Positions 63,769 to 64,000 of a stretch of DNA of 64,000 nt are shown here, in pieces. This DNA is from a virus. Both the position numbers and the translations under genes were made by a program. The number at the start of each line of letters is the position of its first letter. The first letter of the stretch is position 1. The DNA is taken from the IMG/VR virus record IMGVR_UViG_3300028833_000010; one strand, 5' to 3'. A model generated the notes under the pieces. It had not been told where the DNA came from. It saw only the letters and a list, made by a program, of their open reading frames with translations, and made no database searches.

Positions 63769-64000
63769 ATGAAACTGAGTAGATATCAAACAACGATTTA
63801 TAAAGTATTTCAAAAGACGAAGAAAGATATCAACATTTCAGCAGTTGCAGGTTCAGGGAAAACTACGGTGTTATTGGAGTTATTGAATTTTATTCCGAAC
63901 AACGCCAGTTCCCTGTTCCTTGCTTTTAATAACTCAATTATTGATGAGTTAAAGGAGCGAAACAAACGAAAAGATGTTGAAATCATGACTATACATTCTT
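63769..64000 (+). CDS. UvrD/PcrA/Dda-like SF1 helicase, N-terminal fragment (continues past the window)
   Basis: Not in the ORF track because there is no stop. 'MKLSRYQTTIYKVF...NISAVAGSGKTTVLLE...LFLAFNNSIIDELKER...IMTIHS' carries Walker A and motif Ia/II-like elements. Confidence 0.6.
   Translation, partial: MKLSRYQTTIYKVFQKTKKDINISAVAGSGKTTVLLELLNFIPNNASSLFLAFNNSIIDELKERNKRKDVEIMTIHS

Noticed and set aside
1-64000. Prophage or integrative-element features (integrase, att sites, repressor/Cro switch).
   Set aside because: None was recognised. The gene content (own replisome, recombination genes, sigma-like factors) fits a virulent phage. The rest of the genome is unseen, so this stays open.

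Overview
This window is an entirely plus-strand, tightly packed block of about 70 ORFs, many joined by ATGA or short overlaps. It comes from a large tailed dsDNA phage with a contractile tail.

Layout:
- nt 1-42354, virion module: FkbM-like methyltransferase fragment, portal, a 4.5-kb insert of fibre-like and membrane proteins, MuF-like head protein, PIG-L-like deacetylase, GIY-YIG endonuclease, GT4-like glycosyltransferase, P-loop ATPase, a 787-aa kinase-like/ART-like multidomain protein, GH108-like lysozyme plus lipoprotein, prohead protease-scaffold, major capsid protein, neck proteins, sheath, tube, chaperones, tape measure, M23-peptidase protein, baseplate and fibres.
- nt 42355-42781: non-coding switch region with a strong terminator and paired repeats.
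- nt 42782-64000, replication/recombination/nucleotide module: SF2 helicase, DnaB-like helicase, DnaG-like primase, two sigma-like proteins, ThyA-family enzyme, DnaE-type Pol III alpha, YfbR-like HD nucleotidase, MazG-like protein, candidate UvsY and SSB, RecA/UvsX-like recombinase, SbcCD-like nuclease, RuvC-like resolvase and a UvrD-like helicase fragment.

The DNA is A+T-rich and start codons almost never follow a Shine-Dalgarno sequence, which suggests a Bacteroidota-type host (inference). I recognised no rRNA, tRNA, CRISPR array, integrase or transposase.

Most notable observations:
1. GATC is almost absent: 4 sites found by eye in 64 kb.
2. A divergent ThyA-family enzyme, a dNMP nucleotidase and a MazG-like protein bracket the replicase.
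3. Sugar- and methyl-modifying enzymes are embedded in the head module.
4. A candidate injected kinase-like/ART-like protein and a P-loop ATPase share an N-terminal motif.
5. Two recurrent exact intergenic motifs occur, ACAGTTATAGG (x3, two with co-varying hairpins) and AAATCGTAAA (x4, just upstream of start codons), alongside two phage sigma-like genes.
6. The tail fibre shows a compositional mosaic.

All functional calls rest on motif recognition and synteny by eye. No database search was run.
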